Part shown: positions 40,813 through 54,888 of the stretch, one piece after another
How the letters are laid out: the number at the start of each line of letters is the position of its first letter
Numbering within the stretch: the stretch's first letter is position 1
From: Octopus vulgaris
Taxonomy: Eukaryota
Direction of reading: 5' to 3'
Assembly (NCBI GenBank): GCA_951406725.2
Contig: OX597820.1
Coordinates: 32,984,001-33,048,000 of the forward strand
Length of the DNA: 64,000 nucleotides
The notes under the pieces: generated by a model
Databases searched by the model: none
What the model saw: only the letters and a program-made list of their open reading frames with translations
What the model was told of the DNA's origin: nothing
Position numbers and translations under genes: made by a program

Positions 40813-41345
40813 CCCTGATGCAGTACCTGACAGTGGCTCTCATGGCTTCTGATCTTAACTGATTGGAAGTGTTATCATGTACATTGTTTTGTCTTGGTAT
40901 AAAAGATAGGCTACAGCAAATATTCTGCTCAATACCACAGATTTGCTTGTCAGTTGTTTGACCTTAACCAGTTGAGCATGTCCCTTAGTGACTGACGATA
41001 TGTGCATCTCTGACCAGGAGCAGAAGTAGTGGTGGGGCATCATAGCCGTGTGTTGAAAGGAATTCTTAGAGGTTTGGATAATTCACCTTTGGAAACATGA
41101 ATGGTTTGTTCAACATCCTTAAGCAATCCTTATTCAGGGACCTTTTGAGCGGAATGGGCTACTCAACAAGAAGAAAATTCTAACTGGGCCCCACCTGCAA
41201 GGTCATGCGCTGTTTATCTTGATATGAGATCACCATGTCGCGCACATATGGTTGTGATGCATGTGCCTGGTGTACTCTTATCAGACAGGTTGTCATGATG
41301 GGTATATTGGGCTTCGTATATTTTGGCATGCACTGGTCTCTCACT
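40812..41345 (+). mobile_element. Non-coding element inserted in (TAA)n, longer copy
   Basis: (TAA)n on both sides (~40740-40811, 41346-41460); homologous to 783-1252. Confidence 0.85.
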
Positions 41346-41362
41346 TAATAATAATAATAATG

Positions 41363-41462
<100 letters not shown>

Positions 41463-41599
41463 TGATGATTTCTTTATTGACAGCAAAGGGTTAACATAAG
41501 GAAAAATATTATGGAGAGTACAGGACAAAACAAAGAATGTGTGTGTGTGTGCTTGAGTGTGAGTTGTTGTGAGGTTTTGCGTGTGAACAAGTTTAACAA

Positions 41600-41945
41600 G
41601 GGGGAAGAAGAAAACAATTTTAACAATCTATAATCCTCCATGGGGAGGAGACGTTCGAGAGCTGATCATAGAAAACCCCCATAAACCATGGGTACTTTGA
41701 CCTCTGAAGCACGCGCCTTTTCTCATTTCCATTTCTCCGATTACTGACGCATGCTCAGGGCAGGCCGTTCACTCGCATCATTCTCGCCACTTTCATTCAT
41801 CTTTCAGTAAACTGGCTAGAGGGCAGCACTTCCCTATCTGCCCTTACTTTCCTCTTCAAGTAAAACTTGAAGTTGATCAGGGACTGGCCTAAGAGAAAAG
41901 TGTTTGTCCTCAGCCCTTTTAGTCTCGTCCACCATACAAGGTCTG
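41600..41945 (-). mobile_element. L1/Tx1-like LINE 3' fragment
   Basis: Frameshifted ..FKFYLKRKVR..EVLPSSQFTER*MKVARM, resembling L1/Tx1 ORF2 C-termini. Confidence 0.5.
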
Positions 41946-42086
41946 TCGCTATGGCCGCCAGGCTTATTCTTTGTAAGCCTAATACTTATTCTATCGTTCT
42001 CTTTTGTCGAACCGCTAATTTTACGAGGAAGTAAACACACTAATATCGGTTGTCAAGTGATGGTGGGGGACAGACACACACACATA

Positions 42087-42156
<70 letters not shown>

Positions 42157-42159
<3 letters not shown>

Positions 42160-42450
42160 AGGCGCAATGGTCCAGTGGTTAGAGCAGCGGACTCGCGGTC
42201 GTAGGATCGCGGTTTCAATTCCCAGACAGGGCGTTGTGAGTGTTTATTGGACAAAAGCACCTAAAAGCTCCACGAGGCTCCGGCAGGGGGTGGCGATCCC
42301 TGCTGAACTCTTTCACCACTCTTTCTCTCACTCTTTCTTCTGTTGGCCTGCTCGCTTAGCCAGCGGGGTGGCGTCATTCGAAGGCTAAAACAATGCATTG
42401 TGACCAGCGATGTGTAGCAACATCTGATGGTCTGGTCGGTCACGTTATCA
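42157..42450 (+). mobile_element. SINE family B2
   Basis: GGAGGCGCAATGGTCCAGTGGTTAGAGCAGCGGACTCGCGG head. Confidence 0.85.
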
Positions 42451-42472
42451 TATATATATGTATATATGTATA

Positions 42473-42546
<74 letters not shown>

Positions 42547-42720
42547 TTATAAAATGAGATAGGGGTTGAAAATTCAACCCACCATGGGATAACATATATC
42601 CAATATACTGCTAGATAGGTACCCAACAAGACTAATACATAGATGTTAAGAATTGCCAAACAATCAGTTCATCTATTGTATTATATGGGTAAAGGTAATA
42701 ATATTACCGTAAATTAATAC

Positions 42721-43046
42721 TACAAAATTAGAAAATGGAGAAACATACTTAAATCAATAAAGCATCAACTATCAGATGATACCCAATCAATACTTTATTA
42801 CACCATTACATATCAGTAAAGGCATTATACAAAATATACAGTAAATGTAAATAGACAAAGAGATATAAGTATAAAATTTCAAATATTTGAAATTTTATAC
42901 TTATATCTCTTTGTCTATTTACATTTACTGTATATTTTGTATAATGCCTTTACTGATATGTAATGGTGTAATAAAGTATTGATTGGGTATCATCTGATAG
43001 TTGATGCTTTATTGATTTAAGTATGTTTCTCCATTTTCTAATTTTG

Positions 43047-43048
<2 letters not shown>
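42721..43048. repeat. Perfect 328 bp palindrome with no spacer
   Basis: 164 bp arms identical by manual comparison, centre 42884/42885; unique tail 42544-42720; (TA)n on both sides. Confidence 0.95.
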
Positions 43049-43094
<46 letters not shown>

Positions 43095-44167
43095 CTACTT
43101 ATCGTGTTTCATTTATATATAAGTGTAGGTGTGGCTGTGTGTTAAGAAACTTGCTTCCCAACCACATGGTTTCGGTTTCAGTCACTCAGGCACTTTGGGC
43201 AAGTGTTTTCTACTATGGCTTGTGAGTTGATTTCGTATGAGCATGTCTAGATATGCAACTATATGCATAAGGATAAATATATAAAACATACATACATACA
43301 TACATTCATGCATACATGCATGCATACATACATACAAAAATATCCTGTTGATGCTGAAATTCTAATGAAGGAGCCTTGGATCTAGGTTGGAGACCGGTTC
43401 TTTCTCCTACCAATGCAGGAGGTCTTGAAATAAACAGAATAATGACATACATACACACACATCCATACATACACATACATACATACATACATACATACAT
43501 ACATACATACATACATACATACATACATACATGCATACATGCATGCATGCATGCATACATGCATACATACATACATACATACATACATGCATGCATGCAT
43601 GCATGCATGCATGCATGCATACATACATACATACATACATACATACATACATACATACATACATACATACATGTGAGATGACTGAACGTCATTGAATTTA
43701 AAGGACAAAAAGTTTGCATAACACTTCAGCCGCTCTTTCTGTCTCCACAGTAGATTCCAGAAAATAGCACTGCGAGAAGCCAAAGTAAATCTCTGAGCGA
43801 GATATAAACAGTAGCAATACGGAATCGTAACATATAGTTGCCACTTCAGTAGCACTGTCCTGTATAGAACGCCACACTTGGCTAGCAATTATATATATAT
43901 ACATATGCTTTCGGTGCGAATGGTTTTGTTATACGGCACCGGGTTTTACAATCCTGTAAATGATAATAATGGTATTTATATAAGCTTAAAGCTTATATCT
44001 ATCACCATGTAATGACAAAGGAAAATAGTCTAATAATGAGGTATATTAAGCCCTCGACAGAAAAAATGTAGGCTTTCCCATCCGGTTATCGTCATGTTAG
44101 CTTGGCAATAATTATTAATATCCAGTACCGCTGACGTAGTCCCCTTTAGAGAGACGTAGAAATAATG

Positions 44168-44203
<36 letters not shown>

Positions 44204-44249
44204 TGTATGTATGTATGTATGTATGTATGTATGTATGTTTGTATGTATA

Positions 44250-44668
44250 CTCTTTTACTCATTTACTTGTTTCAGTCATTTGACTGTGGCCATGCTGAAT
44301 CACCACCTTTAGTCGAGCAAATCGACCCCAGGATTTATTCTTTGTAAGCCTAGTACTTAGTCTATCGGTTCTTTTGCCGAACCGCTAAGTTACGGGGACG
44401 TAAACACACCACAATCGGTTGTCAAGCGATGTTGGGGGGACAAACACAGGCACACAAACATACACACACACACACACACACATATATATATGTACATATA
44501 TACGACGGGATTCTTTCAGTTTCCCTCTACCAAATCCACTCACAAGGTTTTGGTCGGCCCGAGGCTATAGTAGAAGATATTTGCCCAAGGTGCCACGCAG
44601 TGGGACTGAACCCGGAACTATGTGGTTGGTAAGCAAGCTACTTACGACACAGTCACTCATACGCCTAT
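44250..44668 (-). mobile_element. SINE family A
   Basis: Reverse complement of 3166-3660. Confidence 0.9.
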
Positions 44669-44714
44669 ATGCATGTATGTATGTATGTATGTATGTATGT
44701 ATATACGTACATGC

Positions 44715-45300
44715 AGACTGCCCCCATCTTCGCAGATGATTGTGGTCTCCTTGTGCCCCCACGTTGTCAACAACATTTCGGACTTTCTGTCCATGACCTC
44801 TCCAATGACTATTCACTTCTGCTGCAAATCTGCATGGTCTGAAGCATTGGTAACAGACGAAAGTTCTAACTTACTGTGCACTTCCAGCTGGTTTAGCCTG
44901 CACACATCGCCACTCTTCTATCGCCTTAGGACTTTCAGTGCATGGCATGACAAATCAGGTCACCATCAAGAAACATCTGTTTGTCATTGGGTTCTAGTGA
45001 TAAGTGTTTGTACAACGTGAGAGTACTACTCTCCGAGTCTCTGCGATTAGTAACTACTGACAGACCGAAGCGAAGTGACCAGTAAGCACGTGAAACCGTG
45101 CCCATTCCCAGAAGGATGCTGTGACAACAGCTAAGGTTCTTTTACTCTCACTGGTTTTATTGTACGTCCTGACATCAACCAAGAGCATTTCCTCGTCTCT
45201 ACTTTTACATGGAGTGTCACTGTATGTGCCAATTAACCCAAAGCTGAGGCCTTTACTGGTGCTGCTGCTCCGAACAGATAAACAAATGAAAGTGGCACTC
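44715..45300 (-). mobile_element. Decayed LINE 3' end with Zn-finger relics (related to 23479-24095)
   Basis: TFVCYQCFRPCRFAAEVNSHWRGHG and a similar GGAGAC..CAATCATC 3' end. Confidence 0.55.
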
Positions 45301-45438
45301 AATATACATTACATCATAATCTCTCTCTTTCTCTCTCTCTTTTTTTCTTTCTTTCTTTCTTTCTTTCTTTCTCTCTCTCTCCCCTTTCTCTCTGTCTTTC
45401 TCGCCCTCCACCTCTCACTCACTCACTCTCTCTTTCTC

Positions 45439-45488
<50 letters not shown>

Positions 45489-45584
45489 CATGCACATACA
45501 TACATGCATACATACATACATACATACATACATACATACATACATACATACATACATGCTTACACACACGGGCGCGCGCGCACA

Positions 45585-45900
45585 TATGGCACTCCGTCGC
45601 TTACAACGACGAGGGTTCCAGTAAATCCGATCAACGGAACAGACTGCTCATGAAATTAACATGCAAGTGGCTGAGTAATCCACAAACACGTGTACCCTTA
45701 ACGTAGGGAGATTCAGCGTGACACAGAATATGACAAGGCCGGCCCTTTGAAATATAAGTACCACTTATCTTTGCCAGCCGATGGACTGGTGCAACGTGAA
45801 ATAAAGTGTCTTGCTCAAGGACACAACGCGCCGCCGGGAATCGAAGTGGCGACCTTATGATTGTGAGTGAATACCCCTAAGCACTACACCACGCGCCCTC
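45585..45900 (-). mobile_element. tRNA-derived SINE (family B-type head, different tail)
   Basis: GTGAAATAAAGTGTCTTGCTCAAGGACACAACG..GGGAATCGAA. Confidence 0.75.
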
Positions 45901-46610
45901 ACACACATACACAAACATACACACACACACGCACACACACACATACACACACACATACACACACACATATGCACACACACACATACGCTCACACACACAC
46001 ACGTGTATGTGTGTGTGTGTATGAAAGGCGAGCTGGAACAATCGTTAGCACGCCGGACAGAATATTTACCAGCCTTTCGCCCGTCTTTACCTTTTATCCC
46101 TTCGCGGTCGATAAAAAAAGCACAAGTTGAGCAATGGAACTGATGTAAACGACTAGCCTCTTTCCTCGAAAATTGCTGGTCCCATGCCAAAATCTGGAAA
46201 CCACATCCACTCCCAGTCTCTCTGTGTGTATGTATGTATATGTATATGTAAGGGGAAAGTTTACGAAAATAGACAAAAGACGAAGGCAGGTGGAGTACAA
46301 ACAAACAAATGTATTAGTATAGTGCTAAGGAATAGAAAAAGTCTTTTACGTCTCGAGCCTATTCTCTTCAATAGAAAGATACACAGAAAAAAACAAGGAG
46401 ATAAAAAAATGCGTGTAGGAGCTAACTTCTTTGAAACGAAGACGAGATCGTCTTCGTGCTCTTGTGCCAGTAGCCAAGGTCTTTTGGGATCCCTCCGTCT
46501 AGCATGCGATGAACATGACCGAGCCAGCGCAAACGACGCTGCTACAGCAAAATGTGTATGCTGGCTATCTTGGCTGGGTTGAGGACTTCGGTGTTGGTGA
46601 TGTGATCGGT

Positions 46611-46666
<56 letters not shown>

Positions 46667-46768
46667 CACACTTATGTATGTAATATAATTTTTCTGAATC
46701 TTCAGATTTTTCTATATGCTAGACCACTGTTTTTAAATTGATATTAAGCAAATTAATATTGAATTTAA

Positions 46769-46804
<36 letters not shown>

Positions 46805-46908
46805 GCATATATATATACATATGCATATATATATACATATGCATATATATATACATATGCATATATATACATATGCATATATATAAATATATGCATATAT
46901 ATATATAT

Positions 46909-47699
46909 TAATTAATTAAAAATCTTAAGGTAGCAAGAATATTTATCGAAAAAATCTTTGTTACCAGTGGTCTAGCGAGAAGGAAAAAATTTAGCCAATA
47001 GACTATACATTATTCAGAGAAGAATACACATTCAAACACATAAGAGATAACCAAAAAATAGGATATCTGACTCACTAGAAAGAGCAGTTAAACTCCAAGC
47101 CACTAATTGCTGTAATTCTGAAAGTGAGTGAAAAATGATAACTTTTGCCTTATTACCCTGACCATGCATGTTTTCTGCAGACTTAAATATAGATTGAAAT
47201 AAAATAATTCCAATCTATATCTGGCGCTGCTTCTTCAGTAGGATGCCAAGGATCGAACACATAGATACGGGGCGATAAATAACCTGCCACGTGTCTATAT
47301 GTTATAATTTTTCGAATGCCCCGCGCAAATGCGGAACTCACCGGCAGTAAATAAATTGCCGATTTTCTTCCAAAATTAGCCAAAAACATTTTATCATTAA
47401 TTAAAAAATCTTAGGGTAGCAAGAATATATATAAAAAAATTCTGTTACCAGTGGTCTATCGAGAAGGAAAAAAATTAGTCATAGACTATACATTATTTAG
47501 AGAAGAATACAGTGTACATTCAAACACATAAGAGATAACCAAAGTCTGCAGAAACTATGCATAGTCTAGGACAATAAGGTAAAAGTTTTTATTTTTCATT
47601 TACTTTCAGAATTACAACAATTAGTGGCTTGGAGTTTAACTGCTCTTTCTAGTGAGTCAGATATCCTATTTTTTTGGGTATCTCTTATGTGTTTGAATA
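46909..47699 (-). mobile_element. Non-autonomous PLE-like unit: direct pseudo-LTR plus inverted terminal segment in (TA)n
   Basis: 46909-47052 is repeated directly at 47396-47542; 47542-47699 is the reverse complement of ~47028-47183; CTGAAGA relic at 47233-47239 (-). Confidence 0.8.
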
Positions 47700-47701
47700 T
47701 A

Positions 47702-47762
<61 letters not shown>

Positions 47763-48231
47763 CAAAAGAATAACCAGAAAGCAGATTGTTGGTACTTCAA
47801 TATATCTATATTCATGTTTTCAGCTCTTGCAATCTTGTTTTAGAATAAAACTTATGTGTATCTTTGTGTGTGTTAGTGAGTGGGTATCATTGTTGTACAA
47901 CTAATACTCTATTTTCTAAATAATTAATACTAACTAAAATAAAGAAAAAATGCTATTTGACTTTCATCCAATAATGAAGTAAAAAAAGTGGAACATAAAT
48001 TTCTTAATCGAGGTACTGGTTCATGTGTGTGCATATACGCATGTATGTATTTACGTATGAATGTATTTACGTATGTATGTATGTATGTATGTATGTATGT
48101 ATGTATGTATGTATGTATGTATGTATGTATGTATGTATGCATGCATGCATGAATGTATGTATGTATGTATGTATGCATGCATGTATGTATGTATGTATGT
48201 ATGTATGCATGTGTGCGTATATATATGTGTG

Positions 48232-48271
<40 letters not shown>

Positions 48272-48824
48272 TGGAAGTATGTGTATATGTATGCACCGAT
48301 GTATGTATATATGTATGTATGTATATATGTATGTACATGTATGTGTATGTATACATATATGTATGCCGATTAACCGAAGTTCCAAATAACTTAAATACCT
48401 TGTTAGTTATCATTGTAGTTGCAATGAACAATTATTGCCAGTTGAGTCAATTACACAGTAATTATGTGGAGGACGGTGACACTAATAATAAGAAGGGGGT
48501 ATTGGTTGTTTATTGGTAGTGACGATGATACTCAGAGTAGTAATGAAAGTGGAGGTGGCAGTGATAGCGTTGTTGACGAACGATGTCAATGATAACTCTT
48601 TAAGGATATCAAATAACCTCCATAGGAGGCGGTGAATTGACCAGAAAAGCACAGAACGCCATTTTCGTTAGTCGTGGCGTTAGCATTGTTTTTTTGTTTT
48701 TTTTTTTAGCCCCAGGTCAACCGCAATCGAACAGATCTATTATTGAAGACATTGTTTGTTTGTTGGTATCTCGAACACTCTGTTCCATGCCTGTCGCCGA
48801 TCATCGACCTTTGTTCTTTTATTC

Positions 48825-49100
48825 TTTTATTCTTTTACTTGTTTCAGTCATCTTGACTGCGGCCACGCTGGAGCACCACCTTAAAGAGTTTTTTTTTAAA
48901 TCGAAGAAATCGACCCCAACACTTATTCTTTGTAAACTTAGTAATTATTCTATCGCTCTCTTTTGCCGAACTGCTAAGTTATATGGAAGTAAACACACCA
49001 ACATATATGTACGACAAGCTTCTTTCAGTTTCCGTCTGCCAAATCCACACATTAGGCTTTGGTCGACCCGAGGCTAGGGTCGAAGACACTTGCCCAGGGG
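48825..49100 (-). mobile_element. SINE family A (deleted)
   Basis: TTTTACTTGTTTCAGTC..TCTTTCAGTTTCCGTC..GAAGACACTTGCCC. Confidence 0.8.
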
Positions 49101-49623
49101 TGTTAGACAAGCAATAAAAAAAGTCGTAGTTTCGTGCCTCAGTCCAGCATTCTGATGTGACCATAACCAAGATACTTCATTTTAAACAATTAAATACTAA
49201 CCCAGTTAACTATAAGGCAGCGCTTAAGTGCCGTAAGCAGCAGCAACACTGTAACATTGACGAGTGTTTTGTTAACTTGAACTACTGAATTCGATTCTTC
49301 TTGTGTCTTTGGGCTGTTGTGCCTTTTGTTTTTGTTTCAATTTCACCTCCTTGTCAACTCTAACAGAGTAGAACTATAGCAGTTAGCACTTTCGCATTTA
49401 CTTCATATAGGACAACATTATGAAATGTATTTTATCTGTTTTAAAGACATTACAGATGTAATTTGGGAGGAGGAGATTAGGTTTCTATTTCTAGCATATA
49501 AAGTGACATGTTATTTGCTTCCTCGTTGGTTTATATGTGTGTATGGCGTAGCTTAGACAATATTGGGGTCATTCTTGTTGACTTGCACGCACACTACCCA
49601 ACCTCTTACGACTACAATACACA

Positions 49624-49707
<84 letters not shown>

Positions 49708-49711
49708 AATA

Positions 49712-49830
<119 letters not shown>

Positions 49831-50030
49831 GTGTTTCCCTAAAACTTGAGAACTACATAATTTCATTCAAATTTTACACATGCCTTACTTAGGGTTCATG
49901 TAGTGTCATGGGCAAAAAATGTTTAACTTCTTACCTAGGGCGAGCCCACAGCAATATCACACCTTCTCCACTATTTCAGTATTACGTATTAAAAGTGAAA
50001 CAAAAGCATCTCTCTATTGTATTTATATGG

Positions 50031-50086
<56 letters not shown>

Positions 50087-50258
50087 ATATATATAGATGT
50101 ATATGTGTACATGTATATGTAAACATGTATGTCTAGATGTATATATAGATGTACATGTAACTTGTACACATATATATATACATATATATACATGCATACA
50201 TATACACACCCATACATACACACACACACACCGATCCACCGACACATACACACACACA

Positions 50259-50545
50259 TAGGTGCAGGTGTGGCTGTGTGGTAACAAACTTGGTTCCAAC
50301 ACACATGGTCCTCAGTTCATGTGTCCTGCTATAGCCTCAGACCAACCAAAGCCTTGCCAGTGGATTTTGTAGACAGAAACTGAAAGAAATCAATTGTATG
50401 TATATGTATGAATATATGTAAGTCTATGTGTGTGTCTTTGTGTTTCTCCCTCATCACTGCTTCACAACTGGTGTTCGTTTATTTACATCCCCATAACTTA
50501 CTGGTTTCACAAGAGGAAACTGATAGAATAAGTGCCAGGCTTATC
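50259..50545 (+). mobile_element. SINE family A (degenerate)
   Basis: GGTGTGGCTGTGTGGTAA head and AACTGAAAGAA core. Confidence 0.75.
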
Positions 50546-50688
50546 AAAATATAAAACAGCACTACGAAGTGTCTCGTATTTTTGTTTGCCCACTCAGTTG
50601 TATCTATCAATTTATCTTTGTGTGTGTGTGTGTGTGTATGTGTGTGTATGTGTGTGTGTATGTGTGTGTATGTGTGTGTGTATGTGTG

Positions 50689-50719
<31 letters not shown>

Positions 50720-50722
50720 GTA

Positions 50723-50765
<43 letters not shown>

Positions 50766-51254
50766 TAATTCTTGAACCGGTACTTCAAGTAACGACTAGG
50801 GTAGGGTAACTGACTGCTTATTGTGATCATTCGTCTTTTGGTTTCCAGTAGCTTTGCTCTCTTTTACAAACCCAGTGAACATATATTTCCTATTTCAAAG
50901 AAATTCAAACGATAGAAATAACACCCAAGTTAAAAAGATTTTCAACAATTCAACTTCTCTGATTGACATTAAGATGCCCACCCCCAACAGGGTCCTTAAC
51001 TCTCACATTTTAGCGCTCCATGATCTTCATTTTTTAGGAGCAAAATCTTTTTAACAGGTTCAATAACACTGGAATTTTGGAATATGCGCATAAAAATCAG
51101 TAGTATGGGATACATGTGGCACGATTACAAATTTTTTAGGGTGTGTAAAGAGGGAAATAACCCTCATCTGCAATTTTGATGAAATTCGAAACATTGATAT
51201 TCCAGTTCATTACAGAAAATATAACAGAAAAGTCTAATTCTTCAATTGAATGTA

Positions 51255-51282
51255 ACAGGGCAACGCCGGGTATCTCTGCTAG
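51255..51282 (+). mobile_element. Helitron 3' terminus
   Basis: CAGGGCAACGCCGGG..CTGCTAG+T, matching the 12533 end. Confidence 0.6.
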
Positions 51283-52254
51283 TGGATAGATAAATACAGA
51301 CACATATATAGACATATATACGTACATTACATACGTACATGTATACATCGATATATGCATATATATATATATATATATATATATAAGGAAAGACAGGACG
51401 AGGAGGAAATACTTCTATATTTTGATATAAAATTTGTCGATGTATTAAAAATCATCTCCGCTTCTTGAGGATGCATTATAATTACCAAATGGCAACTATA
51501 AACAGCTTCACTTGAGAAGGGGAAATAATCTAAAGATTCAAGATTTCTCTAAAATTGACATGCTATAGAGAAAAGCGACATAATTCTTGTTTGGAGATAA
51601 GAGGACGGTCGTGGAATCGTATTTCTGACTCTTGCCTTCATTAATGCGACAACTGTCCGACCTAATCTTCAATAGCCAAAAGGGCTTAGAGTTATACAAA
51701 ACACAGTAGAAAAGCAGTTATAGCTTAGGTAATGTTTGCTCCCGCCACTTCCACCGCTTGATAATCAGTGTTGGTCTATTTACGTCCCCGTAACTAAGCG
51801 TTTTTTCAAAAGTAGTGACAGAATAAGTACCAGGTTCAATTTATTTTATTAAAAACCCTTCAAAGCGGTGCTCCAGCATGGCAATTTATCTTGAACATCA
51901 CTGGCTTCAAAACTTCATAAAATTCCAAGTCTTGAGCCATTTGTGCTAAACCATTACTGGTAGAGGGCATGATTTACCTTCTGGCTAAGATATTCCGTAA
52001 ATACATTGGAACATCCCAATGTAACAAGCATGTTTCACTTCTCGGATTTCTTAAAGATTTATTTTCTAGTTTTCATAACGATGTAAATTTTCAAGCATTC
52101 TTTGAAATTGCGTTTCGTGGAATCTAAAAGTAGAAATTCTTCTCGCAGAAATATTTGATAACAAAGCAGAAATGTTTAACGAACCAATCAAGAATCAAAT
52201 CTCGTATAATCCAAAATTTTCCGTTCAGCTACCGTTTAACAGGTTGACGATGTA

Positions 52255-52570
52255 TGGACGCGCGTGGCCAAGTGATTAGAGTGTTTCACCCATGATCGTA
52301 CGATCGTGATTTCAGTTCCCGAACCAGAATGGTACGATGTCTTCTTGTGCAAAAACACTTCATTTCACGTTGTTCTAGTCCACTCAGCTGTAATTAATTT
52401 GCGGCAATTCCTGGAAGTAAACCCTGCATCTGGGAGGTTAATTCTGCGTGGGGAGTTAACTTTGCGTGGGAACTTAACTCTGCATCCCGTTCAGGGTGAA
52501 ATGTAATCTCAATTACCTACACACGATAGAAACCGGGTTAAGTTCTGGCCTTATGAGTCCTAGGACTCAT
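52255..52570 (+). mobile_element. SINE family B (degenerate)
   Basis: GCGCGTGGCCAAGTGATTAG..AAAACACTTCATTTCACGTTG. Confidence 0.7.
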
Positions 52571-52677
52571 AATAGATTAAGTCCCCATCATTAATTCCTG
52601 GTTTATAGTCTGAGAAATGATACACTAAGAATACTTAACAAGAGTATTATCTGATTCCAAATGGTATATGACAAATA

Positions 52678-52907
52678 GGCGGCGAGCTGGCAGAAATGTT
52701 AGCACGCCGGGCGAAATTCTTAACGGTATTTCGTCTGCGTTACGTTGTGAGTTCAAATTCCGCCGAGGTCGACTTTGCCTTTCATTCTTTCGGGGTCGAT
52801 AAATTTAGTACCAGTTACGCACTGGGGTCGATATAATCGACTTAATACCTATGTCTGTCCTTGTTTGTCCTCTCTGTGTTTAGCCCCTTGTGGGTAATTA
52901 AGAAATA
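52678..52907 (+). mobile_element. SINE family C
   Basis: Full head and core; TSD GGTATATGA(C/G)AAATA. Confidence 0.9.
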
Positions 52908-53486
52908 GGTATATGAGAAATATATAAACAATATTTTCAAGTGGAACTGGAATTCCCTAAGTCAATTCTTCTAGAACACGTGTCAATATCTCCACGATGA
53001 TGGTTGTTTGTGTGTCATTCCAGTTTCACCAATTACGAGTGGAAAGATAAATACATTCCTTAATTATCATAACGAGTTAATTTAACAGTTAGTTCGACGT
53101 AGTTAATTTCTTAGCTATCAAGTAAGCTTGCTTCTGCACACTACAGTCATTTTGTGTTTTTGTGTTGATAATTAATATGCTGTTATGATGAGTGTCGTGC
53201 AGACTGATATCAGCCTAACTGTGTCGTATCTGGTGTTGTTTCTGTATACTAGACTTCCATAATGTCTTTCGACTGTCGTTCATTTTCTAAGATTAGGAGG
53301 AAGCTGTGGCTAGGTGTATGTAGAACTATTTACGTCGCCAAGTATACTGTGTATTTTGTGGGGGATACTATGGGATATCCTGATACAATAAAGTGTAATG
53401 TTTCAGAAAATAGACTACTCAGCCGACAATTTGTCTTTAATGTTTGAGAATTGGGCGTATTTTTTTACAATATATCAAATGTACAA

Positions 53487-53700
53487 CGTGAGCTGGCAGA
53501 GTCGTTAGCATGCCGGGTGAAATGCATAGTGATATTTCGTCCGGCTTTACGTTCTGAGTTCAAATTCCGCCGAGTTTGACATTTTCTTTCATCCTTTTGT
53601 GATCGATAAAATAAATACCCTCGACCAGAACACTCTGTGATTGATGGAATCGACTTATCCCCTTCCCTGAAATTGTTGGCCTTGTACCAAAATTTGAAAT
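53487..53700 (+). mobile_element. SINE family C
   Basis: GAGCTGGCAGAGTCGTTAGC..GAGTTCAAATTCCGCCGAG. Confidence 0.8.
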
Positions 53701-53849
53701 CAATATATCTGGTGGTAATTATTTGTACTTGGATTTTTAAAGTTGTTGTTTCGGTTTTTGGACATGCTCATTTAGACCAAAGTTAGTGCGCAGGCACGCA
53801 CACACAGGCGCACATTTGAATGTGTGTATGTGTATGTTATGCATGTATG

Positions 53850-53897
<48 letters not shown>

Positions 53898-53917
53898 CAC
53901 ATGTAAGTTTGTGTGTG

Positions 53918-53960
<43 letters not shown>

Positions 53961-54114
53961 TGTATATATATATATATATATATATAAATATATATGTATA
54001 TGTATATATATATGTATATCTATCTATCTACATATATGTATTTTTATATATATACACATACATATATAATTAGGTAAATGTATATAAATAATATATATAA
54101 TATATATATATATT

Positions 54115-54162
<48 letters not shown>

Positions 54163-54199
54163 CACATATATATATATATATACATATATACATGCATAT

Positions 54200-54672
54200 A
54201 TGAGTACAGGACATCACTAAAGGTGCAAATAACATGAAATAACGTAAACAACGAGAAAATGGAAAACAGGACAGATGAACACAGGGAAAGAATCCTTCAT
54301 CAGTCGTCGGCTGTCTATCTACTCCTCATTTCGAGCATCCAACGGCAATATGAGTCTTCAAAGACAGTTGCTCCCATGAATTCTAAAATATCATTTTGTA
54401 CTTATGGAGAATCAAAGTTGGGAACAAAAACATGATAGTGGAAACATACAAGGAAACCGAACGAAACCAAACATGGAGGGTCGTTAGACTAGAACGAGAG
54501 GAAAATAGTGAACGCTGGAAGAAACATTTTTTTTGAAAAGAGAAAAGATAGAAGAGAGAGAGAAAAAACACGTCCGCGCAGGAAAAGAACGATGGGTACA
54601 CGGGGAAAAGAAAGATGGACGATGGTCACATGTGACCAACGCGAGAGAGAGAGAAAAGAGAAAGGGGGAGAG

Positions 54673-54680
<8 letters not shown>
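54200..54680 (-). mobile_element. (TA)n-associated element with CTGATGA relic (family also at 58525-58920 and 59090-59540)
   Basis: Aligns to the reverse complement of 59090-59540. Confidence 0.75.
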
Positions 54681-54739
<59 letters not shown>

Positions 54740-54781
54740 TATGTGTGTATGTAAATGTATATATACATACATATATGTATA

Positions 54782-54823
<42 letters not shown>

Positions 54824-54888
54824 CGAACTCAGAGATTTTGAGATCTGGTGCTTTTTGTGAAACAGTCTAAAGCTGCCAAGATGGTAAA

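Noticed and set aside
44131-44163. CTGACGtAGTC..GACGtAgAAA hammerhead-like string
   Set aside because: Needs several indels in the core; single copy.
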